From contig JANNXQ010000067.1 in assembly GCA_031409655.1 (NCBI GenBank), forward strand, positions 1 through 48,868: a DNA stretch of 48,868 nucleotides, read 5' to 3'. Origin of the DNA: Chthoniobacteraceae bacterium (lineage in GTDB: Bacteria; Verrucomicrobiota; Verrucomicrobiia; Chthoniobacterales; Chthoniobacteraceae). Below are positions 1-8,659 of this stretch, one piece after another. The notes under the pieces are model-generated. The model had not been told where the DNA came from and did no database searches. It worked only from the letters and a program-made list of their open reading frames with translations. Position numbers and translations under genes: made by a program. Position 1 is the first letter of the stretch. Every line of letters begins with the position of its first letter.

Positions 1-97
1 GGCGGCGCGGAGCTGGACGCGCGCTCGTGCTCCGCGCCGCCGCTGCCCGCAGAAGGATGAGGTTCCTCGACTCCGCTCCGCTCCGCTCGGAATGACA
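1..97. repeat. REP-like palindromes: GC-rich hairpin (1-41) and a second REP-like unit (61-97)
   Basis: ggcggcgcggagc (1-13) is the exact reverse complement of gctccgcgccgcc (29-41); ggttcctcgactccgctccgctccgctcggaatgaca resembles a common extragenic repeat type. Confidence 0.4.
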
Positions 98-266
98 GCC
101 CGTCCGGGGCGGTTCCGGTGGCTGACGCCACCGGCTAGTCTCCCCGGTCTCTCCGGGACGACAGACTTCGCCGCACCACTTTTGATCACACCCTCCGCAG
201 TTGAAGCGAGGAATGCGCTTTCCCCGGAACGTCCCGCCCGCTTACCCTCCGCGACCCCATTCCCCC

Positions 267-557
267 ATGAAAACACTCCGTCTCTGCCTCCTCCTCGCCA
301 TCGCTGCTGTGTCATCCGTCTTCGCTGATCCTGGGCTCGGCTTTCAGGCGGGTGATACGGTGAAAAGCGCGCTGGAGCGGCAGGTGGGGCAGCGGGTGGA
401 ACTGCACCTGAAATCCGGCGAGAAGGCGTCCGGCAAACTGGAGAAGGTGGGTGAGAAGGCGGTGCATCTTTCCGCGCTCACGGGGCAGGAATACTTTGAG
501 GCGCTGGTGCTGATCGAAGACGTGAGCGCCATCGTCGTGCGCGCAGCGACCAAGTAA
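267..557 (+). CDS. Small secreted protein, possible Sm/Hfq-like beta fold
   Basis: Signal peptide MKTLRLCLLLAIAAVSSVFA; GQRVELHLKSGEKASGKL beta pattern. Confidence 0.6.
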   Translation: MKTLRLCLLLAIAAVSSVFADPGLGFQAGDTVKSALERQVGQRVELHLKSGEKASGKLEKVGEKAVHLSALTGQEYFEALVLIEDVSAIVVRAATK

Positions 558-586
558 CTTTCGCCACTAACGCACTGACCCATCTC

Positions 587-982
587 ATGAAACATCTCCT
601 CCTCACTCTCGTCATCGCGCTCACCGCTGCGGCCTCGTCGCTTGCGGCGGATCTGAAGGCTCTGGAAGCCAAGGTGGATGCGGCGCTTGCTGGCTACAAT
701 GCGGGCGACGCCAAGGCGTTTTATGCGAACTTTGCGAAGTCGGTGGAATCCATCGCGACGCCGCGGGTCTTCGACATGCTCTATGTGCAGGGGGCGAAGG
801 CGCAGTTTGGCAAATATGTCTCACGCCAGCTTATCAAGGGGGAATCAGTGACGGACGGCGACACGCTATTGCTCGTCTATGCAGCGAAGTGCGAGAAGAA
901 TGAGAAGGTGAAAGTTTCCATCAATGTGCAGAAGGAGGGCGCGGAGTATCGCTTCGTGCAGGTGCAATTCGCACCGATGTAG
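587..982 (+). CDS. Secreted hypothetical protein (DUF3887-like)
   Basis: Signal peptide, host-like codon usage, follows previous gene. Confidence 0.6.
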   Translation: MKHLLLTLVIALTAAASSLAADLKALEAKVDAALAGYNAGDAKAFYANFAKSVESIATPRVFDMLYVQGAKAQFGKYVSRQLIKGESVTDGDTLLLVYAAKCEKNEKVKVSINVQKEGAEYRFVQVQFAPM

Positions 983-1034
983 GCGGGCGAAATCGGGCGC
1001 GATGTGGCCACGATCGCCGCTGCCGCCCGAAGCA

Positions 1035-1535
1035 TCACCTTGGCGCGGCAGGCTGCTCTTCGGCTTTCACGCCTTTTTGATAAGTGGTGTAAACGTACAC
1101 GGGAATCTTAACCGTCCCGAGGTGCTGCTCGATCAAGGGGAGGACCTGGTCCCATTCGAGGCCACCCACTCCGGTCGCCAAACGGGTGATGGCGAGGCTC
1201 GGGATGCTTTCGGTTCCAACGAGCTTGTGCAACTCGCGCAGGCAGAGGGTGACATTGTGATAGGAAGCCTTGCCGGGGTGGGCGTGTTCGCTCGGAGCTG
1301 GTTCCTGGGTGAAAAGGTTGATGATGCGTTTGCCATTCGCGCCGGCCCAGACCCACAGGCCGCCGGGTTTCGGGTGCGCCGTGTGCAGGTAGTGGCGGAA
1401 ATCCTTGTAAAGCGCTGGCCAATCCTCCCGCAGGTGGAGCGCGAGGCCGGAAGTAAAGTGATCATTGGGCGCGATGCCGTGGGCCAGGGAGTGAGCATCG
1501 GTGAGGAGGATGTCGCCGGTGACGGATTGAATCAT
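1035..1535 (-). CDS. Macro domain protein (ADP-ribose processing, DarG/TARG1-like)
   Basis: Starts MIQSVTGDIL; IINLFTQ and RLATGVGGLEWDQV macro-domain motifs. Confidence 0.85.
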   Translation of the reverse strand: MIQSVTGDILLTDAHSLAHGIAPNDHFTSGLALHLREDWPALYKDFRHYLHTAHPKPGGLWVWAGANGKRIINLFTQEPAPSEHAHPGKASYHNVTLCLRELHKLVGTESIPSLAITRLATGVGGLEWDQVLPLIEQHLGTVKIPVYVYTTYQKGVKAEEQPAAPR

Positions 1536-1728
1536 AGGCGTGGAGCATAGCGAGGGTGGACGAGGCTCGCCCACACGTCGCTTGGCGGGAACGCACCGGA
1601 ATTTGCGAAGGATTCGTCGGGCTCTTGCTACGTGCGGCCCCCATCGTTATCGATCATCACTCATTGTGATTAGCGTTGCCTGCGTTCCCACCCTTGCCGC
1701 CGGGTTTTCCGTGCCCGGCTTCCTTTCG

Positions 1729-2181
1729 ATGCCGCGCGGGCAATACGTCATCGCCGTCGTCTCGCTCCTCCTCGTGACGGTGTCGGTGCTGGTCCACTAC
1801 GAAGTGCTGCGCAAGCTTTCCGACTGGCTGGCCCGGCTGCGTTCCCTGCATCGCACAAGGGTCCTGGTGCTCATCCTCGGATTGCTGACGACGCACGTCT
1901 TTGAAATCTGGATCTATGCAATCGGGTTCGGTCAATTGGACGGCGTCTCGGATTTCGGAATGATCGTCCACACCGTCGCTGCCGAGCCGAGTACCTGGCT
2001 CGACTATGTCTACTTCTCTTTCATCACTTACACCACGGTCGGCTACGGCGATATGATACCTCGCGGGCCGATCCGCTTTGTGGCCGCGACCGAGGCGCTC
2101 ACCGGCTGGGTGCTGCTTGGTTGGTCCGCCTCCTTTACCTTCCTGGAAATGCAGCGTTTTTGGCGTGAGCCAAATGGATAG
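1729..2181 (+). CDS. Potassium channel family protein (two-TM, Ion_trans_2)
   Basis: YFSFITYTTVGYGD selectivity filter with flanking TM helices. Confidence 0.85.
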   Translation: MPRGQYVIAVVSLLLVTVSVLVHYEVLRKLSDWLARLRSLHRTRVLVLILGLLTTHVFEIWIYAIGFGQLDGVSDFGMIVHTVAAEPSTWLDYVYFSFITYTTVGYGDMIPRGPIRFVAATEALTGWVLLGWSASFTFLEMQRFWREPNG

Positions 2182-2222
2182 TCCTTCTTTCCATTAGTCT
2201 GTGTCCGTTCCACTTATACGAA

Positions 2223-2669
2223 ATGAATCAACCATCCTTCCCGCCCTGGCAACGCTTCTCAGTCGGTCTGCTTTCGCTGGGCGTGCTTTTCACTCCCGGA
2301 TGTGCCGAGCCTAGTCAACGGAACGCCCCCGCATCCTTTGCCAGCGTGCGTCCGGTCTTTGAGTCAAATTGCGTCCACTGCCATGGTCCGAACCGGCTGG
2401 CGCACATGCCCGCACTAGCCGACACCCGCTCGCTGGCCGGTCTGATCGGTCCGGCGAATTGGATTGTGCCGGGGAAGCCGGAGCGGAGTCGGTTCTTTCA
2501 AGTCGTCACCCTCACCGATGCCCAGCCCGGCGCCATGCCGCCCACCGGACACGCGATCTCTGCGGCGGAAGTGGCGAAGCTGCGCGCTTGGATCGTGGCG
2601 GGCGCGCCCGTGCCGTCGGGCGAGCCAGTCGCGTTGATCGCCAGCGGTGAGGGACCTCGATCTCAGTGA
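2223..2669 (+). CDS. c-type cytochrome lipoprotein (PVC-type cytochrome c domain)
   Basis: CVHCH heme motif, IVPGKPERS, MPP axial ligand, lipobox-like TPGC. Confidence 0.8.
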   Translation: MNQPSFPPWQRFSVGLLSLGVLFTPGCAEPSQRNAPASFASVRPVFESNCVHCHGPNRLAHMPALADTRSLAGLIGPANWIVPGKPERSRFFQVVTLTDAQPGAMPPTGHAISAAEVAKLRAWIVAGAPVPSGEPVALIASGEGPRSQ

Positions 2670-2718
2670 GTGGCCGTGCGCGAGTGCGCATGGCGCCGGA
2701 GTGTGATTATCTAAGGCC

Positions 2719-4005
2719 GTGATTGCGGAACTTTCTCCTCCCGGCTCGCCGCTTCAGCACGTTGCCGGTTCGTTTATGTTGAGCGCCGGATTGGGCGCAT
2801 TGATCGGACTCGTTCGGCAGTGGGCCTGGCAGCAGGAGCATTCGGAGGAGGCAGAGTATGCGGGCGTGCGGACTTTTACGCTCTGGGCGCTGCTCGGCTG
2901 CGCGACGGCCCTGCTCGCGGGGCATTTTGGGACGGCCGTGTTCTCCGTGGCGCTCGCCGGTCTCTGCATTTACATCACAGCCGCGCGGGTTCTGTCGCCG
3001 ACGGAGCATGCAGAAGGTTATACCACTTTTGCCGTGATGATGGTGACGTTCTTCCTCGGCGCGCTCGTGTATATCGACGAGCGCACCATCGCGGTGATGC
3101 TCGGGGCGGGCACGATGGTGCTGCTGGGTTCCAAGCGACCTATCCGGGGCTGGACGCGCAAGTTCACGGCCAGGGACATGTTTCATGTACTTCAGTTCGT
3201 GGCGATCACCGGCGTCGTCCTGCCGATCGTTCCAAACAAAGGCTACGGCCCCTTTGCCGCGCTGAATCCTTACGACACGTGGCTGATGGTCGTGGTGATG
3301 GCGGGTGTTGGCTTTGGGGGTTATGTGCTGATTCGCGTGTTTGGCACGCAGGCGGGATTCACGATGACGGGTCTTGTCGGAGGGCTCGCGTCCAGCACGG
3401 CGACGACGCTCGCTTTCAGCCGGAAGAGTAAGGAGACGCCGGACCTTTCCGTCCCATGCACGCTCGCGGTGCTGCTCGCGTGCGACGTCATGATCGTTCG
3501 CGTAGCGGTGATGATCGGGGCCATCAGCACCGAGCTTCTGTCGAAAGTGGCACTGCCACTGGCACTCCTCATCGCTCCAGGGGTGCTCCTCGCCCTGTGG
3601 GGATGGTGGCAGACGCGCAAACTTACTGCGCCGACGACGGCTCCCGAAGTCGAGAACCCGCTCGGTCTTTCCACGGCAATCCGGTTCGCGCTGCTTTATG
3701 CGTTCATCAAGTTTCTGGTGAAAGCGGCAGTGGAGACAAAGTTCACGACAGCGATCCTGCCGATCGCTGCGATCTCCGGACTTACCGACATGGACGCCAT
3801 CGCGCTCACCCTGGCACGCAGCGTTACCGAGCAAACCTTGTCTGCGTCAGACGCCGCGCGCGGCATCATCGTTGCGGCGATCGCCAACTCCGCCTTGAAG
3901 GGAATCCTCGCGGCGAGTCTTGGCTCGAGTGCGCTGCGGTGGCGGATGCTCACGGCGATGGCGCTTACAACCGCTGCCGGCGTCGCGTCCTTATTCCTCT
4001 GGTGA
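2719..4005 (+). CDS. MgtC/SapB family membrane protein with DUF4010 domain
   Basis: LGALIGL.R, AGVRTF, GGLASSTATT and GLTDMDAI motifs; many TM helices. Confidence 0.85.
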   Translation: MIAELSPPGSPLQHVAGSFMLSAGLGALIGLVRQWAWQQEHSEEAEYAGVRTFTLWALLGCATALLAGHFGTAVFSVALAGLCIYITAARVLSPTEHAEGYTTFAVMMVTFFLGALVYIDERTIAVMLGAGTMVLLGSKRPIRGWTRKFTARDMFHVLQFVAITGVVLPIVPNKGYGPFAALNPYDTWLMVVVMAGVGFGGYVLIRVFGTQAGFTMTGLVGGLASSTATTLAFSRKSKETPDLSVPCTLAVLLACDVMIVRVAVMIGAISTELLSKVALPLALLIAPGVLLALWGWWQTRKLTAPTTAPEVENPLGLSTAIRFALLYAFIKFLVKAAVETKFTTAILPIAAISGLTDMDAIALTLARSVTEQTLSASDAARGIIVAAIANSALKGILAASLGSSALRWRMLTAMALTTAAGVASLFLW

Positions 4006-4024
4006 GGCCAGGGCCGACTGGGAG

Positions 4025-5887
4025 CTAGTAACTAAGACGCAGGCGAATAAAGCGGCGCCCTTCAGTGGGGCTCGACTTCTTGTCGCGGACGACCACACCT
4101 TCGGTGCCATTAAGATAGTTGACGGGTGGACCGGCTAACTCTGTTTCCGTCGCCCCCGAGAACCACTGACTCAGATCGCTCGAGACTTCGACATGATAGG
4201 CGAGCTTAAAGGGAGCTTGGACCCGCAGGAAGCTCATCGTCAGGTGGCCGTCGTTGTCGAGGCCGGGAGTGGAGGTGAACGCGAGAATCTGCAAGGCCTC
4301 GAAGAACCGGGACGCGATCTTCTGCTCGCCGATTTCGTTGGGGTGGTAGCCGTCGGGGAGTCCCTCGGCGGTAAAGTCAAACCCAGTGTGCAGATCCACG
4401 ATGATCACTCGCGCGGTCGGCGTGTTGAGATCTGCGGCCACGCTGGGAATGAGGGCGTTGAGGGCGTTGATGCCAACATTGACCGGGATGCCGCCCCCGC
4501 CGGGAAGGTAGGTCGTCGCGGAGACGGGCGGGATCTTTGCGAGGAAGACCGAGACGATCGGATTCCGGGTGCGGAGCCGCCCGATGGTTTCCTTTAAGTA
4601 AGCGATAGCCAGTACCGGATCCCGTCCCTGCAGCGCGTCGTTCGTTCCGGCGATCAGTAAGACGATGTCTGGCACATAACCCGCCGTCCAGGTGAGGACG
4701 TTGTCGCGGATGTCTTCGGTGCGCAGCCCAGAGTGGCCTTCGTGATTTTGGTCAAAGGGTTTGCCCTGATGATTCGGCCACGGGGGATAGCCGCCGGAGC
4801 CGTTGTCGAGCAAGGTTCCGACGAAGTCGAAATCCGTCGCTTGGTCGAGCAGCTTCACCCAAAGATGATAACGATAGCCGAGGAGAATGTTTTGCGATTG
4901 GGTCAGGGAGTCGCCCAGAGGCATGATGCGGCCCAAGCCGCGCGGGGGTGTGGGAATCTCGGGGGGCGGCACCGCGGAGGCAACGCGAAACCCGGTGTAA
5001 TTTGTGGCTACGTGGGGCTCAAAATAGCTCCGGCCAATGACGGACAGGCCTTCGGTGTTGCTCCCAAAGTGCCCACCGCGCAAATAGCGAAACCCGTTGC
5101 TACTCGCCTCCATCCATTCCTGCACATTGCCGCTCTGATCGAAAGTGCCACTCGGAGAATAGGCCTGATTGTAGGCTCCGACGTTGGTGAGGACTCCAGT
5201 CACGGGATCGTTGCCGTAATTGGCGGAGTTGGCGCTGCCGGGCGGACCCTCCGCAATCGGCGCGGCAGAGGCGCGGGTCGGGAAACTCCAGTAAGAGTTG
5301 CCGGTCTGGAAGAAGGCTGATTTGTACCACTCGTTTTCATTTGGGATGAAGACGGCGGCGCCAGGATTACGGGTGACGCTCGCGGAGTTTGCCGGATACT
5401 GGGGGTAGCCGGGAGTGGGAATCAAGGTGTAGGCGCCGTCTTCGGTGTCGCCGGAGCCCTGACCGTTGTGCAGCCAGTTCGCAAAACGCATCGAATCGAT
5501 GAAACTCACGTAAACCACAGGCTTGTTTTCGAATCCGGTCTTCGCAGCGTAAGTGTAGCTGCCGTCCGCTCCCGCACGACCGATCCCGCCGTGAACTGTG
5601 TCATCGTGCATCGCGTCACTGTAGAGGCTGGAGGGATCGGACGCTGCTTTGGCATTGAGGAACTCGACGTATTGCGCATTCGTCACCTCGTATTTCCCCA
5701 TCCGGAAGGCATAGAGGACGGAGCCAAGATTCGGCAGGTTGTAGATGTTATTGGGTTCAGCCGCGTTCCCGGGATTTCCGATAGCGACGTACTCCATCGT
5801 CACGGCTTGCGCAGTGCTCAAGAGACCGCTGGCGACGAGCAGCCACGCGCGTAGCAGGTGGGCAGAGTGGAGTGGAGCGGTGCGCAC
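4025..5887 (-). CDS. Secreted FGE/SUMF1-like domain fused to SGNH/GDSL hydrolase and a C-terminal beta domain; start uncertain
   Basis: KYEVTNAQY, ENEWYKSA, DQSGNVQEW, RGG (FGE-like); IMPLGDSLT, GTND, DGYHP (SGNH). Confidence 0.8.
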   Translation of the reverse strand: MRTAPLHSAHLLRAWLLVASGLLSTAQAVTMEYVAIGNPGNAAEPNNIYNLPNLGSVLYAFRMGKYEVTNAQYVEFLNAKAASDPSSLYSDAMHDDTVHGGIGRAGADGSYTYAAKTGFENKPVVYVSFIDSMRFANWLHNGQGSGDTEDGAYTLIPTPGYPQYPANSASVTRNPGAAVFIPNENEWYKSAFFQTGNSYWSFPTRASAAPIAEGPPGSANSANYGNDPVTGVLTNVGAYNQAYSPSGTFDQSGNVQEWMEASSNGFRYLRGGHFGSNTEGLSVIGRSYFEPHVATNYTGFRVASAVPPPEIPTPPRGLGRIMPLGDSLTQSQNILLGYRYHLWVKLLDQATDFDFVGTLLDNGSGGYPPWPNHQGKPFDQNHEGHSGLRTEDIRDNVLTWTAGYVPDIVLLIAGTNDALQGRDPVLAIAYLKETIGRLRTRNPIVSVFLAKIPPVSATTYLPGGGGIPVNVGINALNALIPSVAADLNTPTARVIIVDLHTGFDFTAEGLPDGYHPNEIGEQKIASRFFEALQILAFTSTPGLDNDGHLTMSFLRVQAPFKLAYHVEVSSDLSQWFSGATETELAGPPVNYLNGTEGVVVRDKKSSPTEGRRFIRLRLSY

Positions 5888-6075
5888 AGTCGGAGTGACG
5901 AAAAGAACGGCCGTCGGATGGCTACCCGGAGGCAAGCGGAGCCTCAAGGCAGTGTTGAGAAATCGAAAGGGCGGACATCTTTATCGGAGCGGGAGTGATT
6001 TTTTGGACGATCTGCTGGGGGTTACGAGGGGCCGCCGTGGCGTTTTTTCAGGAAAGTCGGAGATTTTTCGGGGAG

Positions 6076-6149
6076 CGCGCCCGGCGGGACTCGAACCCAC
6101 GACCTGCGGTTTAGAAGACCGCTGCTCTATCCAGCTGAGCTACGAGCGC
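6076..6149 (-). tRNA. tRNA-Arg (anticodon TCT), CCA not encoded
   Basis: Minus strand GCGCTCGTAGCTCAGCTGGATAGAGCAGCGGTCTTCTAAACCGCAGGTCGTGGGTTCGAGTCCCGCCGGGCGCG folds as a cloverleaf. Confidence 0.97.
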
Positions 6150-6153
6150 TTTG
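6109..6153. repeat. Left att core, 45 bp (tRNA nt 1-41 plus 4 nt of leader)
   Basis: gtttagaagaccgctgctctatccagctgagctacgagcgctttg identical to 14861-14905. Confidence 0.95.
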
Positions 6154-6154
6154 C

Positions 6155-6183
6155 AGAGTAAAAATGGGGCAAAGACCAGTAAA
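6155..6183 (-). promoter_or_regulatory. Putative element-borne sigma70 promoter for tRNA-Arg
   Basis: Minus strand TTTACT-17 nt-TACTCT ending 5 nt before the mature tRNA 5' end. Confidence 0.55.
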
Positions 6184-6188
6184 ACCGC

Positions 6189-6216
6189 TTGCCATTCTAC
6201 GGTCTGTTTCTACGGT
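6189..6216 (+). promoter_or_regulatory. Putative integrase promoter overlapping arm-type repeats
   Basis: TTGCCA-16 nt-TACGGT ending 6 nt before ATG 6223 (leaderless arrangement). Confidence 0.45.
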
Positions 6217-6246
6217 CACGCCATGAACAAAAACAAAACCGTAGAA
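6195..6246. repeat. Left integrase arm-type repeats
   Basis: TTCTACGGTC at 6195 and 6208, inverted near-copy AACCGTAGAA at 6237; same motif recurs near the right end. Confidence 0.75.
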
Positions 6247-7392
6247 AACAGCGGGAAGACATGGACTCGAACAAACGTTCAGAATTTGGTGCGGCATCGG
6301 AGTGGCCGTTATTATGCGCGGCTCTTCATCGGAGGCAAGGAGCGATGGAAGACACTCGGCACCGACGTACTCGAAGTCGCGAAGACGAAGGTCCGCAAAC
6401 TGGCTGGTGCGGCGGAGAAAATCTCTCGCTCCCAGCGCGCCCATGAGCGCGGACGGATGACCTTCGCCGACGCTGCCGTGATCTTCGATCAACGCCTGGC
6501 CGAAGGCTACGGACTGGCCAGACCGGGGCGCAAGGCCCGGCGCATCCGCCCGCGTGCGGTCAAGTATCGGCTGGAGACTCTGGCCGCGCTTTGGAAGTCG
6601 TGGCCGGACCTGCGCGACATGGATGTGCGAAAGATGAGCGCGCGGGACGCGGAGGCATGGGCAAAGAAGCTGGCGGCGAAATTCTCCGCGACCCGGTACA
6701 ACGGCATTCTGGAAACACTGCGGGCGCTAATCCTGATCGCGCAGGAGGCCGGAGCACTGGCCGACGATCCTACCGAGAGGCTTTCAAGGGAGACGGTGCC
6801 GCAGAAGAAGCTAGTCCTTCCTGAGCGTGGGCAGTTTCTCGATATGGTCGCCGCGATCCGCACCGCTGGCGGGCGCTTCTCCGCTGACTGCGCGGACATG
6901 GTGGAGTTTTTGGCATTCACCGGGGCGCGGCTGAGCGAGGCCGCTGCGGTCGTTTGGAGCGATGTGGACTTCCAGCGCGAGCGCATCCATCTGCGCGTGG
7001 TCAAAGGCGGAAAGCATCCGCGCTTCGTGCCGATGATCGCCGAAGCAAAAACGCTGCTCTCGCGGATGCGGTCGGAACGTCCAGACGAAGCGCCAGCCGA
7101 TCCCGTGCTGCTCGTGAACGAGGCGCAAAAGTCCATGGACCGCGCCGCGCAGAAAGTCGGCGTCGAGCGCATCACACATCACGATCTGCGGCATCTGTTC
7201 GCGACGATCGCCATCGAGAGCGGCGTCGATATTCCGACCGTCGCCCGCTTCCTTGGCCATGTGGACGGCGGTGCGCTCGCGATGAAGGTGTACGGGCACC
7301 TTCGCGACGGGCACGCACTGGAGGCAGCGCGCAAGATTAGCTTCGGCACTAGCGAGCCGGGAAACGTGATCGAGATGCGGGAGGCCGTATGA
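6223..7392 (+). CDS. int: Tyrosine recombinase/integrase
   Basis: TGARLSE, KGGK, HDLRH, LGH, KVY catalytic motifs; N-terminal YYARLFIGGKERWKTLGT arm-binding-like domain. Confidence 0.95.
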   Translation: MNKNKTVENSGKTWTRTNVQNLVRHRSGRYYARLFIGGKERWKTLGTDVLEVAKTKVRKLAGAAEKISRSQRAHERGRMTFADAAVIFDQRLAEGYGLARPGRKARRIRPRAVKYRLETLAALWKSWPDLRDMDVRKMSARDAEAWAKKLAAKFSATRYNGILETLRALILIAQEAGALADDPTERLSRETVPQKKLVLPERGQFLDMVAAIRTAGGRFSADCADMVEFLAFTGARLSEAAAVVWSDVDFQRERIHLRVVKGGKHPRFVPMIAEAKTLLSRMRSERPDEAPADPVLLVNEAQKSMDRAAQKVGVERITHHDLRHLFATIAIESGVDIPTVARFLGHVDGGALAMKVYGHLRDGHALEAARKISFGTSEPGNVIEMREAV

Positions 7393-7949
7393 GCACGAAG
7401 AAGAAGCGCAAGCGCAGACCCACGGCGGCAGCGGCATTCAAGGACGACAAAGGCGCGTGGAAGCACAACCTTAGCGTCGCCACTACTGGCCGGGAGGAAA
7501 ACAACGGTGATCGCCTTGTGTCCGACCTTCTCGGATGCGCTATGCTCGCAAGCGTGACGATTTCCAAAGACGGGAAGGTTCTTGAGCGCGAAACACAGCG
7601 CGAGCAAAAGGCCGCGATTCAAGACTTGGAGGGCTGCCGCCTGAATCTGGCCAGCGAGATTGAGGCCGCAATCTTGCAAGGCAGGCCGGAGTTATTCCGC
7701 GAGATCGCCGAGTGTCTCGGTAGGCCGAAGAGTAACGGCACCCGAGGCAATGCCATTGCTTCCGCGATCGTCGCCTTCGTGCAGATGAGGCGCAGGCTAG
7801 GACGCCTTCCGACCAAGCCGGAACTGCGCGCGGAAACGGAAAAGAAAAGCGGCGGAGTGATCTATCAGAAGAAGTGGGACCGCATCTTCGCTGCACTCGG
7901 ATACGCTGATCTGTATCAGAAAAAGGGCAGACCGAAAAAGGAGACATAG
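7389..7949 (+). CDS. Hypothetical basic protein, possible regulator
   Basis: ATGA overlap with int stop; C-terminal LGRLPTKPELR helix pattern. Confidence 0.6.
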   Translation: MSTKKKRKRRPTAAAAFKDDKGAWKHNLSVATTGREENNGDRLVSDLLGCAMLASVTISKDGKVLERETQREQKAAIQDLEGCRLNLASEIEAAILQGRPELFREIAECLGRPKSNGTRGNAIASAIVAFVQMRRRLGRLPTKPELRAETEKKSGGVIYQKKWDRIFAALGYADLYQKKGRPKKET

Positions 7950-8001
7950 CGGGCGGTACGTTGTCTTAGATCCTCCCAATGCGCCCCCTCAATGTCGGCG
8001 C

Positions 8002-8250
8002 ATGGTAAACGAAACAAAACCACCGCAGACAAAAGCGAAGCGCATCGCGCGTTCGCCTAAGATCACCCTGCCGCTGCTGGAACGCGCGGCAGTCACGCCG
8101 AACGAGTTCGCCGGGCTATTCGGCAAGCAAACCACGTGGGGCTACCGTCAGATATACGAGGGCCGCGTCCGAACGATTAAGACACTGGGCCGCACCCTCA
8201 TCCCCACCAGCGAAGTGCGGAGGCTGCTGGATACAGCGGAGGCTATCTAA
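8002..8250 (+). CDS. Excisionase/AlpA-like HTH protein
   Basis: AVTPNEFAGLFGKQTTWGYRQIYEGRVRTIKTLGRTLIPTSEVRRLL is a typical Xis-like winged HTH. Confidence 0.8.
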   Translation: MVNETKPPQTKAKRIARSPKITLPLLERAAVTPNEFAGLFGKQTTWGYRQIYEGRVRTIKTLGRTLIPTSEVRRLLDTAEAI

Positions 8251-8354
8251 TGGACCCCGACAAAAAAAGAGCGCCGGGCTTTTCGGCACCGGCGCAAGCT
8301 CTGGACGAGCAAGGCGACGATAGCAACGTCACGCGGGAGGGCAAGGGCGAATGA
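8250..8354 (+). CDS. 34-aa coupled ORF (MDPDKKRAPG...)
   Basis: TAATG overlap with upstream gene and ATGA overlap with downstream gene. Confidence 0.45.
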   Translation: MDPDKKRAPGFSAPAQALDEQGDDSNVTREGKGE

Positions 8355-8659
8355 TTGCACTACTCGACGCCAAGGCTGAAAAGTTTGTCCGGCTCGGATT
8401 GGACCGCGCCGCGAGTGAAGGCGAGGTCTCCACTTCCGGCGCCATGTTGTTTCGGCATCTCCGCTCTCAGGGAGTAACCGCCGACGCATTGCTAGGGACC
8501 GCCGCCCCTCACGAGGATTTCCACATCTGGTTTGGAAAATACAACGGACGCCCGATTTCAAAAGTGCCGGGCGATTATCTGCGATGGGTGCTCAGTAAGA
8601 TTGAAGACTTGCCGAGGGAATTTCGCCGCGCCGTCGAACAGGAGCTTGCCACCCGATGA
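8351..8659 (+). CDS. Hypothetical protein with C-terminal DUF3820-like motif
   Basis: IWFGKYNGRPISKVPGDYLRWV motif; coupled to flanking genes. Confidence 0.7.
   Translation: MIALLDAKAEKFVRLGLDRAASEGEVSTSGAMLFRHLRSQGVTADALLGTAAPHEDFHIWFGKYNGRPISKVPGDYLRWVLSKIEDLPREFRRAVEQELATR

Noticed and set aside
1035..1535. DarTG toxin-antitoxin system
   Set aside because: No DarT-like gene adjacent
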